Below the pieces are notes generated by a model. That model did no database searches. It was not told where the DNA came from and was given only the letters and a program-made list of their open reading frames with translations. A program made the position numbers and the translations under genes. Below are positions 23,626 through 38,073 of a DNA stretch of 64,000 bases, piece by piece. The DNA is taken from positions 67,153-131,152 of the forward strand of contig JAEUQR010000005.1 of NCBI GenBank assembly GCA_016789705.1. Direction: 5' to 3'. This DNA is from Acidobacteriota bacterium (GTDB taxonomy: Bacteria; Acidobacteriota; Vicinamibacteria; Vicinamibacterales; UBA2999). Numbering within the stretch: position 1 is the first letter of the stretch; each line of letters opens with the position of its first letter.

Positions 23626-24000
23626 ATGTATCCGAGCGATCTCAAGTACACGAAAGACCACGAGTGGGTGCGCGTCGACGGCGGCACGGGCACCGTGGGC
23701 ATCACCCACTTCGCCCAGCAGCAGCTCGGTGACGTGGTCTACGTCGAACTGCCCGAAGTGGGCGCCACGCTCACGATCGGCCAGCCGTTCGGCACGATCG
23801 AGTCGGTGAAGGCGGTGTCGGAGCTCTTCGCGCCCGTCTCCGGCACGGTGACCGCCGTGAACACCGACATCAAGGATCGTCCGGATGCCGTGAACAGCGC
23901 GCCGCACGACACCTGGATGATCAAGGTCCAGCTCGCGAGCCCGGCCGAAGCCGACGCGCTCATGAACGCCGCCGACTACGAAGCCACGCTCGCGCACTAA
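23626..24000 (+). CDS. gcvH: glycine cleavage system H protein
   Basis: YTKDHEWV and the lipoyl-lysine motif IESVKAVSELFAPVSG. GAGGAG lies upstream of ATG23626. Confidence 0.95.
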   Translation: MYPSDLKYTKDHEWVRVDGGTGTVGITHFAQQQLGDVVYVELPEVGATLTIGQPFGTIESVKAVSELFAPVSGTVTAVNTDIKDRPDAVNSAPHDTWMIKVQLASPAEADALMNAADYEATLAH

Positions 24001-24033
24001 CCACCCGTTTCCTTTTCACGTCTGGCCCCGCCG

Positions 24034-26883
24034 ATGGATACGTTCGTTCGCCGCCACGTAGGACCTCGTCCGCACGACCTGCCCGAGATGCTCGCGACCA
24101 TCGGGGCGCCGTCACTCGACGCGCTCATCGACGAGGCCATCCCCGCATCCATCCGCCGGCCGGGACCGGTGGCGCTGCCGCCGGCCGAGTCCGAGCACGC
24201 CTACCTGACGCGGCTGCGCGGCGTGGCGGCGAAGAACCGTGTGCTCCGCTCGTTCATCGGCCTCGGCTACTACGACACGTTCACGCCCAGTGTCATCCGC
24301 CGGTGCCTGTTCGAGAACCCGAGCTGGTACACGCCGTACACGCCGTATCAGGCGGAGATCGCGCAGGGGCGCCTCGAGTCGCTCCTGAACTTCCAGACGG
24401 TTGTGTGCGACCTCACGGGGCTGCCCGTGGCCACGGCGTCGCTCCTCGACGAAGGCACGGCCGCAGGCGAAGCGATGACCCTGCTGCACCGCGTCTCGCC
24501 GAAGAAGCTCACGAGCGGCGGCATCTTCCTCGCGGCTGACACGGTCTTCCCGCAGACGCTCGCCGTGCTGCAGAGCCGCGCCGAACCGCTCGGCATCGAG
24601 CTGCGCGTGCAGCCGGTGGCGGCGATGGACTTCGACGACCCGAACGTCTTCGGCGTGCTGCTGCAGTATCCCGACGAACAGGGGCAGGTCATCGACCCCA
24701 CGGCCACGATCGCGGCCGCGCACGCCGCCAAGGTGCTGGTGGCGGTGGCCACCGACCTGCTCGCGCTCACCGTGCTGACGCCGCCCGGGGAACTCGGCGC
24801 CGACATCGTGCTCGGCAACTCGCAGCGTTTCGGCGTGCCGCTCGGCTACGGTGGTCCGCACGCGGCGTTCTTCGCCACGCGGCAGGAGCACGTGCGCCAC
24901 GCGCCGGGCCGCATCATCGGCGTGTCGATCGACGCGCAGGGCCATCGCGCCTACCGGATGGCGCTGCAGACGCGCGAACAGCACATCCGCCGCGAGAAGG
25001 CCACCTCGAACATCTGCACGGCGCAGGCGCTGCTCGCCAACATGGCGGCGATGTATGCGGTGTACCACGGCCCTGACGGTCTCACGGCCATCGCCCGGCA
25101 TGTGCACGGCCTCACGCAGTCGCTGGCCGCCGCCGTCACGGCGCTCGGCGTCGCGCAGTCGAACGCTCACTACTTCGACACGCTGCGCTTCACGCTCACG
25201 CCGGCTCAGGCGGCCGCTGTGCGCGCCGCGTCGGTCGCGGCCGGCTACAACCTGCGGCACATCGGCGAGACCGGGATCGGCGTGTCGCTCGACGAAACCG
25301 CCACGGCCGACGACGTCGCGGCGCTCGTCGCCGTCTTCGCACAGGCCGTCGGCAAGACGCCCGGCACGGCCGCCGCGCCGGCCGTCGACGCCCTGCCCCC
25401 GGCTCTGCGCCGCACCTCCGCCTTCCTCACGCATGCGGTCTTCCATACGCATCGCTCGGAGAGCGAGATGATGCGGTACCTCAAGACGCTCGAGCGCAAG
25501 GACATCGGCCTCGACGTCTCGATGATCGCGCTCGGCTCGTGCACCATGAAGCTGAACGCGGCCAGCGAGATGTATCCGGTGACCTGGACGGAGTTCTCGC
25601 GCCTGCATCCCTTCGTACCCGCCGATCAGGCCGAAGGATATGCCGAGATCTGCCGCGATCTCGAAGCGGCGCTCGCAGAGCTCACCGGCTTTGCCGCCAC
25701 CTCGCTGCAGCCGAACTCCGGCGCGCAAGGCGAGCTGGCCGGCCTGCTCGTCATCCGCGCCTGGCATCAGGACCGCGGTGAAGGCCACCGCAATGTCGTG
25801 CTCATTCCTGCCTCGGCGCACGGCACCAATCCGGCCAGTGCCGTGATGGCCGGCTACAAGGTGGTGGTCGTGGCCTCCGACGCCAACGGCAACATCGACG
25901 TGGCCGACCTCAAGGCGAAGGCCGCGGCGCACAGCGCCAATCTCGCCGCGCTGATGGTGACCTATCCGTCCACGCACGGCGTGTTCGAAGACGCCATCAT
26001 CGACATCTGCGCCACGGTGCACGCACACGGCGGCCAGGTCTACATGGACGGCGCGAACATGAACGCGCAGGTGGGGCTCACGAGTCCGGCGCTCATCGGC
26101 GCCGATGTCAACCACATCAACCTGCACAAGACCTTCGCCATTCCGCACGGCGGCGGTGGCCCCGGCATGGGCCCGATCTGCGTGGCGGCGCACCTGGCGC
26201 CGTACCTGCCGGGGCATCCGCTGTCGAAGACCGGCGGCGACAAGGCGATCCTGCCGGTGGCGGCGGCGCCGTGGGGCAGCGCGAGCATCCTGCTCATCTC
26301 CTACGGCTACATCCGCATGCTGGGTGGCGAGGGCGTGACCGAGTCCACGAAGTACGCCATCCTCAACGCCAACTACATCAAGGCCCGCCTCGCCGGCCAC
26401 TACGACGTGCTCTACACGCGGGCCAACGGCCGCGTGGCGCACGAGATGATCTTCGACCTGCGGAAGTTCAAGGCCGCCGGCGTCGAAGAGGGCGATGTGG
26501 CCAAGCGCCTCATGGACTACGGCTTCCATGCGCCCACGGTGTCGTTCCCGGTGCCCGGCACGCTCATGATCGAGCCGACCGAAAGCGAAGACAAAGGCGA
26601 GCTCGATCGCTTCTGCGACGCCCTCATCTCTATTCGCAAGGAGATCGAGGACGTGGTCACGGGCAAGGCCGACGCCAAGGACAACGTGCTCAAGAACGCG
26701 CCGCACACCGCGGCCGTGGTCACCGCCGACACCTGGACGCATCCCTACACGCGCGAGCAGGCGGCCTATCCGCTGCCGTGGGTGAAGGCCGACAAGTTCT
26801 GGCCGAGCGTGGGCCGGATCGACAATCCCTTCGGCGACCGCAACCTCGTCTGCATCTGCCCGCCGATGGAGGCGTACGAGTAG
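24034..26883 (+). CDS. gcvP: glycine dehydrogenase (decarboxylating), single-chain P protein
   Basis: 949 aa with [14 protein letters not shown]-like [14 protein letters not shown], the PLP-lysine region [16 protein letters not shown], and full-length alpha+beta architecture. Confidence 0.95.
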   Translation: MDTFVRRHVGPRPHDLPEMLATIGAPSLDALIDEAIPASIRRPGPVALPPAESEHAYLTRLRGVAAKNRVLRSFIGLGYYDTFTPSVIRRCLFENPSWYTPYTPYQAEIAQGRLESLLNFQTVVCDLTGLPVATASLLDEGTAAGEAMTLLHRVSPKKLTSGGIFLAADTVFPQTLAVLQSRAEPLGIELRVQPVAAMDFDDPNVFGVLLQYPDEQGQVIDPTATIAAAHAAKVLVAVATDLLALTVLTPPGELGADIVLGNSQRFGVPLGYGGPHAAFFATRQEHVRHAPGRIIGVSIDAQGHRAYRMALQTREQHIRREKATSNICTAQALLANMAAMYAVYHGPDGLTAIARHVHGLTQSLAAAVTALGVAQSNAHYFDTLRFTLTPAQAAAVRAASVAAGYNLRHIGETGIGVSLDETATADDVAALVAVFAQAVGKTPGTAAAPAVDALPPALRRTSAFLTHAVFHTHRSESEMMRYLKTLERKDIGLDVSMIALGSCTMKLNAASEMYPVTWTEFSRLHPFVPADQAEGYAEICRDLEAALAELTGFAATSLQPNSGAQGELAGLLVIRAWHQDRGEGHRNVVLIPASAHGTNPASAVMAGYKVVVVASDANGNIDVADLKAKAAAHSANLAALMVTYPSTHGVFEDAIIDICATVHAHGGQVYMDGANMNAQVGLTSPALIGADVNHINLHKTFAIPHGGGGPGMGPICVAAHLAPYLPGHPLSKTGGDKAILPVAAAPWGSASILLISYGYIRMLGGEGVTESTKYAILNANYIKARLAGHYDVLYTRANGRVAHEMIFDLRKFKAAGVEEGDVAKRLMDYGFHAPTVSFPVPGTLMIEPTESEDKGELDRFCDALISIRKEIEDVVTGKADAKDNVLKNAPHTAAVVTADTWTHPYTREQAAYPLPWVKADKFWPSVGRIDNPFGDRNLVCICPPMEAYE

Positions 26884-26905
26884 CGCGGGGGGACGGCCCG
26901 GACCG

Positions 26906-28503
26906 ATGGCTGACTTCCGGCTCGTGCGGCCGCTCCGGGTGCTGAACGCGCGCCAGATGCGCGCGGCCGACCGCCGCGCCATCGACGAGGTGGGCCTGCC
27001 GTCGGTCGTGTTGATGGAGAACGCCGGCCGCCAGGTGGTGGCCGCGCTCGAAAGCCTCGTCGAGGATCTGCCGTCGCGCGCGGTCGCGGTGCTCTGCGGC
27101 ACCGGCAACAACGGCGGTGACGGCTTCGTCGTGGCGCGCGTGCTGCAGCAGCGCGGTCTCACGCCGGCCGTGTTCCTCGTCGGCGCCGCCGCCGACGTCC
27201 GTGGCGATGCCCGCATCAACCTCGACATCCTGGGGCAGCTCGGCACACCGGTCGTCGAGGTGGCCGATGCCTCGGCGTGGGAGCTGCACGGGTCGGAAGC
27301 GACCGGCGCCGACCTCATCGTGGACGCGATGGTCGGCACCGGGCTCAATCGCGCGCTGACCGGCCTGCACGAAACGATCGTGGCCGATGTGAACGCCTCG
27401 GGCACCACCGTGGTCGCCGTGGACCTGCCGTCGGGCCTCTCGGCCGATGCCGCCGAGCCGCTCGGCCCGTCGCTGCACGCGGCGCTCACCGTGACCCTCG
27501 CCGCGCCCAAGGTGCCGCTCGTGCTGCCACCGGCCGAACACACGGCGGGTGATGTCGTGATTGCCGACATTGGGATCCCGTCGTTCGTGCTCGACGAGGT
27601 CGAGGGCCCGCGTCTGTACCTCCTGACGCGCGAGTACGTGCGGACGCTGATTCCACCGCGCAGCCCCGACGCGCACAAGGGCGACTTCGGCCGCGTGCTC
27701 GTCGTGGCGGGGTCGCTCGGCATGACTGGCGCCGCCGCGCTGACCGCCCGCGCGGCGCTGCGTACTGGAGCAGGCCTCGTCACCGTGGCCACGCCGGTCT
27801 CCGTGCAGGCGGTCGTGGCCGGCCTTGGCGCGGAGTTCATGACCGTGCCGCTCGCCGAGGCGGATGGCCGCGTGGCGGCCGAGGCCGTGGACCGCGTGGT
27901 CGAAGTGGCGGCCGACGTCGTGGCGATCGGCCCCGGCCTCGGCAGCGGGCCGGGTGTGGCCGCCTTCGTGCGCGCGATGCTGGAGCGCGCGGAGGTGCCG
28001 CTCATTCTCGACGCCGACGCGCTCAACGCCTGCGCCGGCGATCCGGCGATGCTCACCGGGCGCGACGAGCGGCCCGTCGTCATCACGCCGCACCCGGGCG
28101 AAATGGCGCGGCTCCTTGGCTGCGCCACCGAAGACGTGCAGGCGAATCGTGTGGGGCTGGCCTCGGAGTTCGCGGCCCGCCACGGCGTCACGGTAGTGCT
28201 CAAGGGCTACCGTACGGTAATTGCGACGCCAGGGGGAGAGGTGTTCGTGAATCCCACCGGCAGTCCCGGGATGGCCACGGCCGGGAGCGGCGACGTGCTG
28301 ACCGGGATGCTGGCGGCGGCGATGGCGCAGCTGCTCGACCCGGCCACCGCGTGCCAGCTCGCGGTCTACCTGCACGGGGCCGCCGGCGAACTCGCGGATG
28401 CCGACGAGGGCGAGATGTCGATGGTGGCAGGCGACATCGTGACCCACATCGGCGATGCCGTGCAGGAGCTGTCGGCACAAGGGCGCACGGCGCCGCAGGG
28501 CGA

Positions 28504-28507
<4 letters not shown>
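26906..28507 (+). CDS. nnr: bifunctional NAD(P)H-hydrate epimerase / ADP-dependent dehydratase
   Basis: N-terminal YjeF_N domain (CGTGNNGGDG) plus a C-terminal carbohydrate-kinase-like domain (HKGDFGRVLVVAGS..., GSGDVLTG). Confidence 0.9.
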
Positions 28508-30464
<1,957 letters not shown>

Positions 30465-30478
30465 TCAGATACGCGAAA

Positions 30479-30498
30479 GGCCGACGCAGGCGTCGGCC
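30479..30498 (-). terminator. candidate intrinsic terminator downstream of secA
   Basis: On the minus strand, AAGGCCGACGCCTGCGTCGGCCTT forms a GC-rich 9-11 bp stem followed by only a short T run (TTTCG). It lies about 50 nt after the secA stop. Confidence 0.45.
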
Positions 30499-30546
30499 TT
30501 GGGCACTCGCGGGGCACGGGGAACGGAACAGGGAAGGGGCACGGCG

Positions 30547-33477
<2,931 letters not shown>

Positions 33478-33561
33478 GCGGGGCTGAGACGTGCCTGGAG
33501 ATTCGAACGATCTTACTGGTGACGGCGAGGACCGTCAAGGAACGGAGCAGGAGGGGAGGGA

Positions 33562-34488
33562 TCAGTCGCCGCCGGTCTGACGCGCGCTCTTGAGGAGGAA
33601 CTGGAGCGGGTTCAGCAACCGGTCGTTGACGCGCACTTCGTAGTGGAGATGCGGAGCCGTGGCGCGCCCGGTGGCGCCGACGCGGCCGATGAGATCGCCG
33701 CGCTTCACCTTGGCGCCGTTCTCGACTTCGAACTTCGAGAGATGGCCGTAGCGCGACTCGAGACCGAAGCCGTGATCGATGCGGATCAGGTTGCCGTAAT
33801 CGCTGTAGGCGCTCGCGTGCACGACGGTGCCGTCGGCCGTGGCGTAGACGGGAGAGCCGCGGTCGGCGGAGATGTCGAGACCTGGGTGGAAATCGGCGCC
33901 GCCCGTGAACGGGTCACGGCGCGCGCCCATCGAGGAGGTGAGCCAGCCGGCGGCCGGCCAGATCGACGGCGTGGCCGCGGCGAGCTTGTTGCGCTTGTCG
34001 ACGCCCGACTGCACGGACTGCAGGCGGCTTTCGAGGCCCTGCAGCAGGTCGCGCAGCAGACCGAAGGTGTCTTCCGGCGAGTTCAGGCTCGGCAGCATCG
34101 CCAGCCCGGCCGCCGTGGTCGTGCCGCCGCCGCCCATGGCGCGCGACTTCACGATGGCGGGCAGCTTGTCCATGGCCGAGCGCAGCGCGGGATCGAGCGC
34201 GGCGCGGCCGCCGAGATCGTCGAGCGCAGTCTGCAGTCCCTGGATCTGGCCGGTCAGTGCTTCCGTCGTATCGCGGTAGCTGGAGAGTTCGAGTTCGAGC
34301 GTCGCATGCGACGCGTAGAGGTCCGCGACGTCGGCCTTGGCCTTCCACGCCGCGCCCATGCCGATGAGCACGGGCAGCGTGACGACGGTGCCGAGCACGA
34401 TCATCGCCGGCCGGAGGCCGACGGTGAATCGCCGGACGACGCCGGTCTGGCGGTCGGCGAGCAGGATCGTGTAGCGCGTAGAGGGCAT
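33562..34488 (-). CDS. membrane-anchored M23 (LytM-type) peptidase
   Basis: Internal ATG (codon 45 of the track ORF). Has a TM helix, a coiled-coil, then HPGLDISA (HxxxD) and APHLHYEV (HxH) metal ligands. Confidence 0.85.
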   Translation of the reverse strand: MPSTRYTILLADRQTGVVRRFTVGLRPAMIVLGTVVTLPVLIGMGAAWKAKADVADLYASHATLELELSSYRDTTEALTGQIQGLQTALDDLGGRAALDPALRSAMDKLPAIVKSRAMGGGGTTTAAGLAMLPSLNSPEDTFGLLRDLLQGLESRLQSVQSGVDKRNKLAAATPSIWPAAGWLTSSMGARRDPFTGGADFHPGLDISADRGSPVYATADGTVVHASAYSDYGNLIRIDHGFGLESRYGHLSKFEVENGAKVKRGDLIGRVGATGRATAPHLHYEVRVNDRLLNPLQFLLKSARQTGGD

Positions 34489-34620
34489 CCGGTTCGTGTG
34501 GGTGGTGCGATGTCGCGCCGGCCCGGCCAGACGCAACCTGAGGAGCATACCACGCGTGCCGGTCGACGTCGGCGATCCGGCGCCTGAGGGGCGAACATAT
34601 GGAGAAAGCGTCCACGCCAC

Positions 34621-36144
34621 TCAGGCCGCGGGCCTCCCCGCCCGGAACTGGAGTGCTTCGAGGAGGTGAGGGGCGGCGATGTCGACGCTGCCGTCGAGAT
34701 CCGCAATCGTGCGGGCGACGCGCAGCGTGCGGTGCACGGCACGGCCGCTGAGCGCGAGGCGGGTCGCAGCGGCGGCGAGGTGCCGGGAGCTCTCACGGTC
34801 GAGCGCCGCCACCCGCCTCAGGGCGGCGGGCGCGAGGCGGCTGTTGAGCGGCGCCCCGGCCTCGAGCGCCCGCGCGCGCTGCACGGCACGCGCCGCCTCC
34901 ACCCGGAGCCGCACCTCGGCCGATGGTTCGGCGGGCGTGGTGGCCGTCAGCGTGTCGAAGGTCACCGGCGAGAGCTCCACCGTGAGGTCGAGCCGATCGC
35001 GCAGCGGTCCGGACACGCGCTCGTGGTACCGGGTGACCGCCATCGGCGTGCAGCGGCACGGCCGTGTCGCCTGGCCCGCGTAGCCGCACGGGCACGGGTT
35101 CATCGCCGCCACGAGCGTGAAGGCGGCGGGGAAGACGACGGTGCCGGACGCGCGGGCGATGCGCACGAGGCCGTCCTCGAGCGGCTGCCGCAGCGCTTCG
35201 AGCGCGCGGCGCCCGAATTCCGGCAGTTCGTCGAGGAAGAGCACGCCGTGATGCGCGAGCGTGATGTCGCCGGGACGCGGCACGCTGCCGCCGCCGACGA
35301 GCGCGGCGTCGGAGGCCGTGTGATGCGGGGCGCGGAAGGGCCGAGCGCCGATGAGGCCCCCGGTGGCGCCGAGCAGTCCCGCCACCGAGTGGATCGCGGT
35401 GACCTCGAGCGCTTCGTCGAACGTGAGCCCGGGAAGCAGGCCCGGCATGCGGCGCGCCAGCAGCGTCTTGCCGGCGCCGGGCGGGCCGACGAAGAGCATG
35501 TGGTGCCCGCCGGCGGCGGCGATCTCGAGGGCTCGGCGGGCCGCCGCCTGCCCGCGCACGTCCGCGAGGTCGGCTGCGGGATCCGGGCTCGGGGCCACCG
35601 TGGCGTGGGGCCGCGCGCGCGGCCACGCGGCGTCCGGTTCGTGCAGGCGCGCCACGGCGTCGGCCAGGGTGGCAATCGGCACGACGGCGAGGTCGTCCAC
35701 GACCGCGGCTTCGGCGGCGTTCGCCGCCGGCAGGAGGAGCGCCTGCACGCCCTGCCGCCTGAGGCCCATGGCGAGCGGCAGCACGCCGCGCGTGGGCAGC
35801 ACGGCGCCGTCGAGCGAGAGTTCGCCCACGATGGCGACCCGCGCCGGGTCGTGCCGCGGCACCAGGCCAGAGGCCGCCAGAATCGCGATGGCAATCGGCA
35901 GGTCGAAGGCGGCACCGGCCTTGCGGACGTCCGCCGGCGCGAGATTGACGGTGATTCGGTGGGAGGGGAACTCGAAGCCGGAATTCCTGATCGCCGCCCG
36001 CACGCGGTCGCGGCTCTCGCGCACGCTCGCATCGGGCAGCCCCACCATCGCGAAGACCGGCAATCCGAACGAGACATCCACTTCCACCGACACGGGGAAC
36101 GCGTCGATGCCGCGCAGCGCGGCACTCTGCACCTGGGACAACAT
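34621..36144 (-). CDS. comM: YifB/ComM-family Mg-chelatase-like AAA+ protein
   Basis: MLSQVQSAALRGIDAFPV...VGLPDASVRESRDRV N-terminal Lon-like domain, GPPGAGKT, and a C-terminal Mg_chelatase_C pattern. Confidence 0.9.
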   Translation of the reverse strand: MLSQVQSAALRGIDAFPVSVEVDVSFGLPVFAMVGLPDASVRESRDRVRAAIRNSGFEFPSHRITVNLAPADVRKAGAAFDLPIAIAILAASGLVPRHDPARVAIVGELSLDGAVLPTRGVLPLAMGLRRQGVQALLLPAANAAEAAVVDDLAVVPIATLADAVARLHEPDAAWPRARPHATVAPSPDPAADLADVRGQAAARRALEIAAAGGHHMLFVGPPGAGKTLLARRMPGLLPGLTFDEALEVTAIHSVAGLLGATGGLIGARPFRAPHHTASDAALVGGGSVPRPGDITLAHHGVLFLDELPEFGRRALEALRQPLEDGLVRIARASGTVVFPAAFTLVAAMNPCPCGYAGQATRPCRCTPMAVTRYHERVSGPLRDRLDLTVELSPVTFDTLTATTPAEPSAEVRLRVEAARAVQRARALEAGAPLNSRLAPAALRRVAALDRESSRHLAAAATRLALSGRAVHRTLRVARTIADLDGSVDIAAPHLLEALQFRAGRPAA

Positions 36145-36290
36145 CACCAGGGAGACGTCCAAGGACGATGCCAGCCGGGCGCGCGCCGGAATTCGGCCCG
36201 CCAGCGGCACCTCGTGGATGACCACACGCTGGAAGTGCGTACGAAGACGACGGTGACCCGCGGAGATTCTGCGGCGGGTGCCGCCTCCCG

Positions 36291-37979
36291 CTACTGGGCG
36301 TTGGCGCTGCGCACCGTCTGGATCTGCAGGCGGTCGCCGATCGAGAGCGCCGAGCCCTTGAGGTGGTTCCAGGCGCGCAGGTTCTCGACGCTCACGCCAT
36401 GACGGCGGGCGATCGAGTAGAGCGTGTCGCCCTTGCGCACGCGGTAGACGGTGCGCGTCGCCTCGGCCTCACGCGGTTCGGCCTCCGCGGCCGCCACGCG
36501 CGTGGCGACGGCAGGCGCGTTCGCGCGGCCAGCAAGCAGCGCCGCCGACGGCGCGCGCGGCACGACCAGGCGCTGCCCGGGCTGCACCCGCGCCGTGGTG
36601 TTCAGGTAGTTCGCTTCCGCGAGATCGGCGCGCGAGACCCGCAGGCGCCGCGCGATCGTCGGCAGCGACTCGCCTTTGCGCACGGTGTACCACTGCAGGG
36701 CGGCGGCATCCCCTGGTGCGGCGCCCGCGTACCCCTCGAGCACCGAGGCCATCGTGCCCATCGGCACCCGCAGCTGGTAATCGCGCGAGCGCACGGGCGT
36801 CGTCCAGCGGCGCAGTTCGGGGTTCAGCGCGCGGATGTCGTCGGCCGGCACGCCGGCCCACTCCGCCACGTTGCGCAGGTCCACCGGCCCCGACACGGTC
36901 ACGACGTCGGGCGCGAAGGGCAGCGTCGAGGGAATCTCGAAGCCGTACTGCGCCGGGTTACGGGCGATGATGGCGGCCGCGAGGATCATCGGCACGTAGT
37001 CGCGCGTCTCGCGCGGCAGATGTTTCGACGACTCGGAGAGCTCCCAGAAGTTGTCGATGCCGGTGCGCTTCACGGCGCGCTGCACGCGCCCGGGGCCGCC
37101 GTTGTAGGACGCGATCGCCAGGTGCCAGTCGCCGAACATCCGGTGCAGCGCCTTCAGGTATTTCGCCGCCGCGCGGGTGGCCTTCTCCGGATCCGCGCGT
37201 TCGTCGATGTACCAGTCGCTGCGCAGGCCGTATTCCTTCCCGGTGGGCCGCATGAACTGCCAGACGCCGCGGGCGCTCGCGCGCGACAGGGCCGTCGTCT
37301 TGAACCCGCTCTCGACCAGGGGCACGAAGGCCAGGTCGAGGGGCAGCCCTTCCTCGCGGAAGACCGTGTGGATCATGGGGAGGAAGGGCCCGCCGCGCGT
37401 CAGCCCGTCCGTGAGGAACGGACGCAGCCGTCCCTGGAAGATCTCGACGAACCGCAGCACGCGGTCGTTGAGGGGGATCGGGATGTCGTGGGTCGTGGTG
37501 GCGAGATCGGCACGCACGGCAGTGGCCACCTCCGGCGCCGGCGAGGCGTCGGCCTCGGCGGGTGGCAGCGACAGCAGCGTGTCGATCGATGCTGGCTCGG
37601 TGGCCGTTTCCGTGAAACCGTCACCGCTCGACAGCGTGGCCAGCTCGAGGGCGCTGATGCGGTCGGTGAGGGCATCGACCGCAGCCGACAGGCGCGGGTC
37701 CGAGCGGGCGCCGCCGGGCATCACGAGCAGCGTGTCGAGGGCCAGGTCGAATGCGAGTCGGGCGTCTTTCAGATGCCCCTGCTGGCTGGCGGCGCGGCCG
37801 GCCTCGAACGCGGCTTCGGCGGTGGCAACGGCCTGCGCCACGGGGTCGACGGGCGCGGGTGGCTGCGCAACGGGCGGCGCGGGCGCGGCCTGCACGGGGG
37901 CCGTCGCGACCGGAGCCGGCGTACGGGAGGCACAAGCCGAGGCCCCAACGAGCAGGAAGAGCAGACCGACGCGTCGCAT
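36291..37979 (-). CDS. lipoprotein lytic transglycosylase with C-terminal LysM repeats (MltD-like)
   Basis: Lipobox LLVGASAC, an SLT catalytic region (VPLVESGFK...ARGVWQFM), and three LysM-like repeats (YTVRKGESLPTIARRL..., YRVRKGDTLYSIARRH...). Confidence 0.85.
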   Translation of the reverse strand: MRRVGLLFLLVGASACASRTPAPVATAPVQAAPAPPVAQPPAPVDPVAQAVATAEAAFEAGRAASQQGHLKDARLAFDLALDTLLVMPGGARSDPRLSAAVDALTDRISALELATLSSGDGFTETATEPASIDTLLSLPPAEADASPAPEVATAVRADLATTTHDIPIPLNDRVLRFVEIFQGRLRPFLTDGLTRGGPFLPMIHTVFREEGLPLDLAFVPLVESGFKTTALSRASARGVWQFMRPTGKEYGLRSDWYIDERADPEKATRAAAKYLKALHRMFGDWHLAIASYNGGPGRVQRAVKRTGIDNFWELSESSKHLPRETRDYVPMILAAAIIARNPAQYGFEIPSTLPFAPDVVTVSGPVDLRNVAEWAGVPADDIRALNPELRRWTTPVRSRDYQLRVPMGTMASVLEGYAGAAPGDAAALQWYTVRKGESLPTIARRLRVSRADLAEANYLNTTARVQPGQRLVVPRAPSAALLAGRANAPAVATRVAAAEAEPREAEATRTVYRVRKGDTLYSIARRHGVSVENLRAWNHLKGSALSIGDRLQIQTVRSANAQ

Positions 37980-38073
37980 GCCGTCCGAAGGTCAGACGCT
38001 AGCACGCCGGGCGTGGCCGGTCAAACCGTGCCGGGACGCGCCGGCCTGTCCGTCCCCGCCGGCGTGCGGTCGC

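Noticed and set aside
24112-28203. A 1363-aa ORF on the minus strand spanning gcvP and nnr
   Set aside because: It is antisense to two unmistakable genes. Its translation is Arg/Ala/Gly/Pro-rich low complexity with no motifs. This is the expected stop-codon-poor artefact of ~70% GC DNA.
33495-33515. A TTCGAA-containing stretch resembling a tRNA T-loop upstream of secA
   Set aside because: The flanking bases do not form a T-stem or an acceptor stem on either strand. I found no tRNA in the window.
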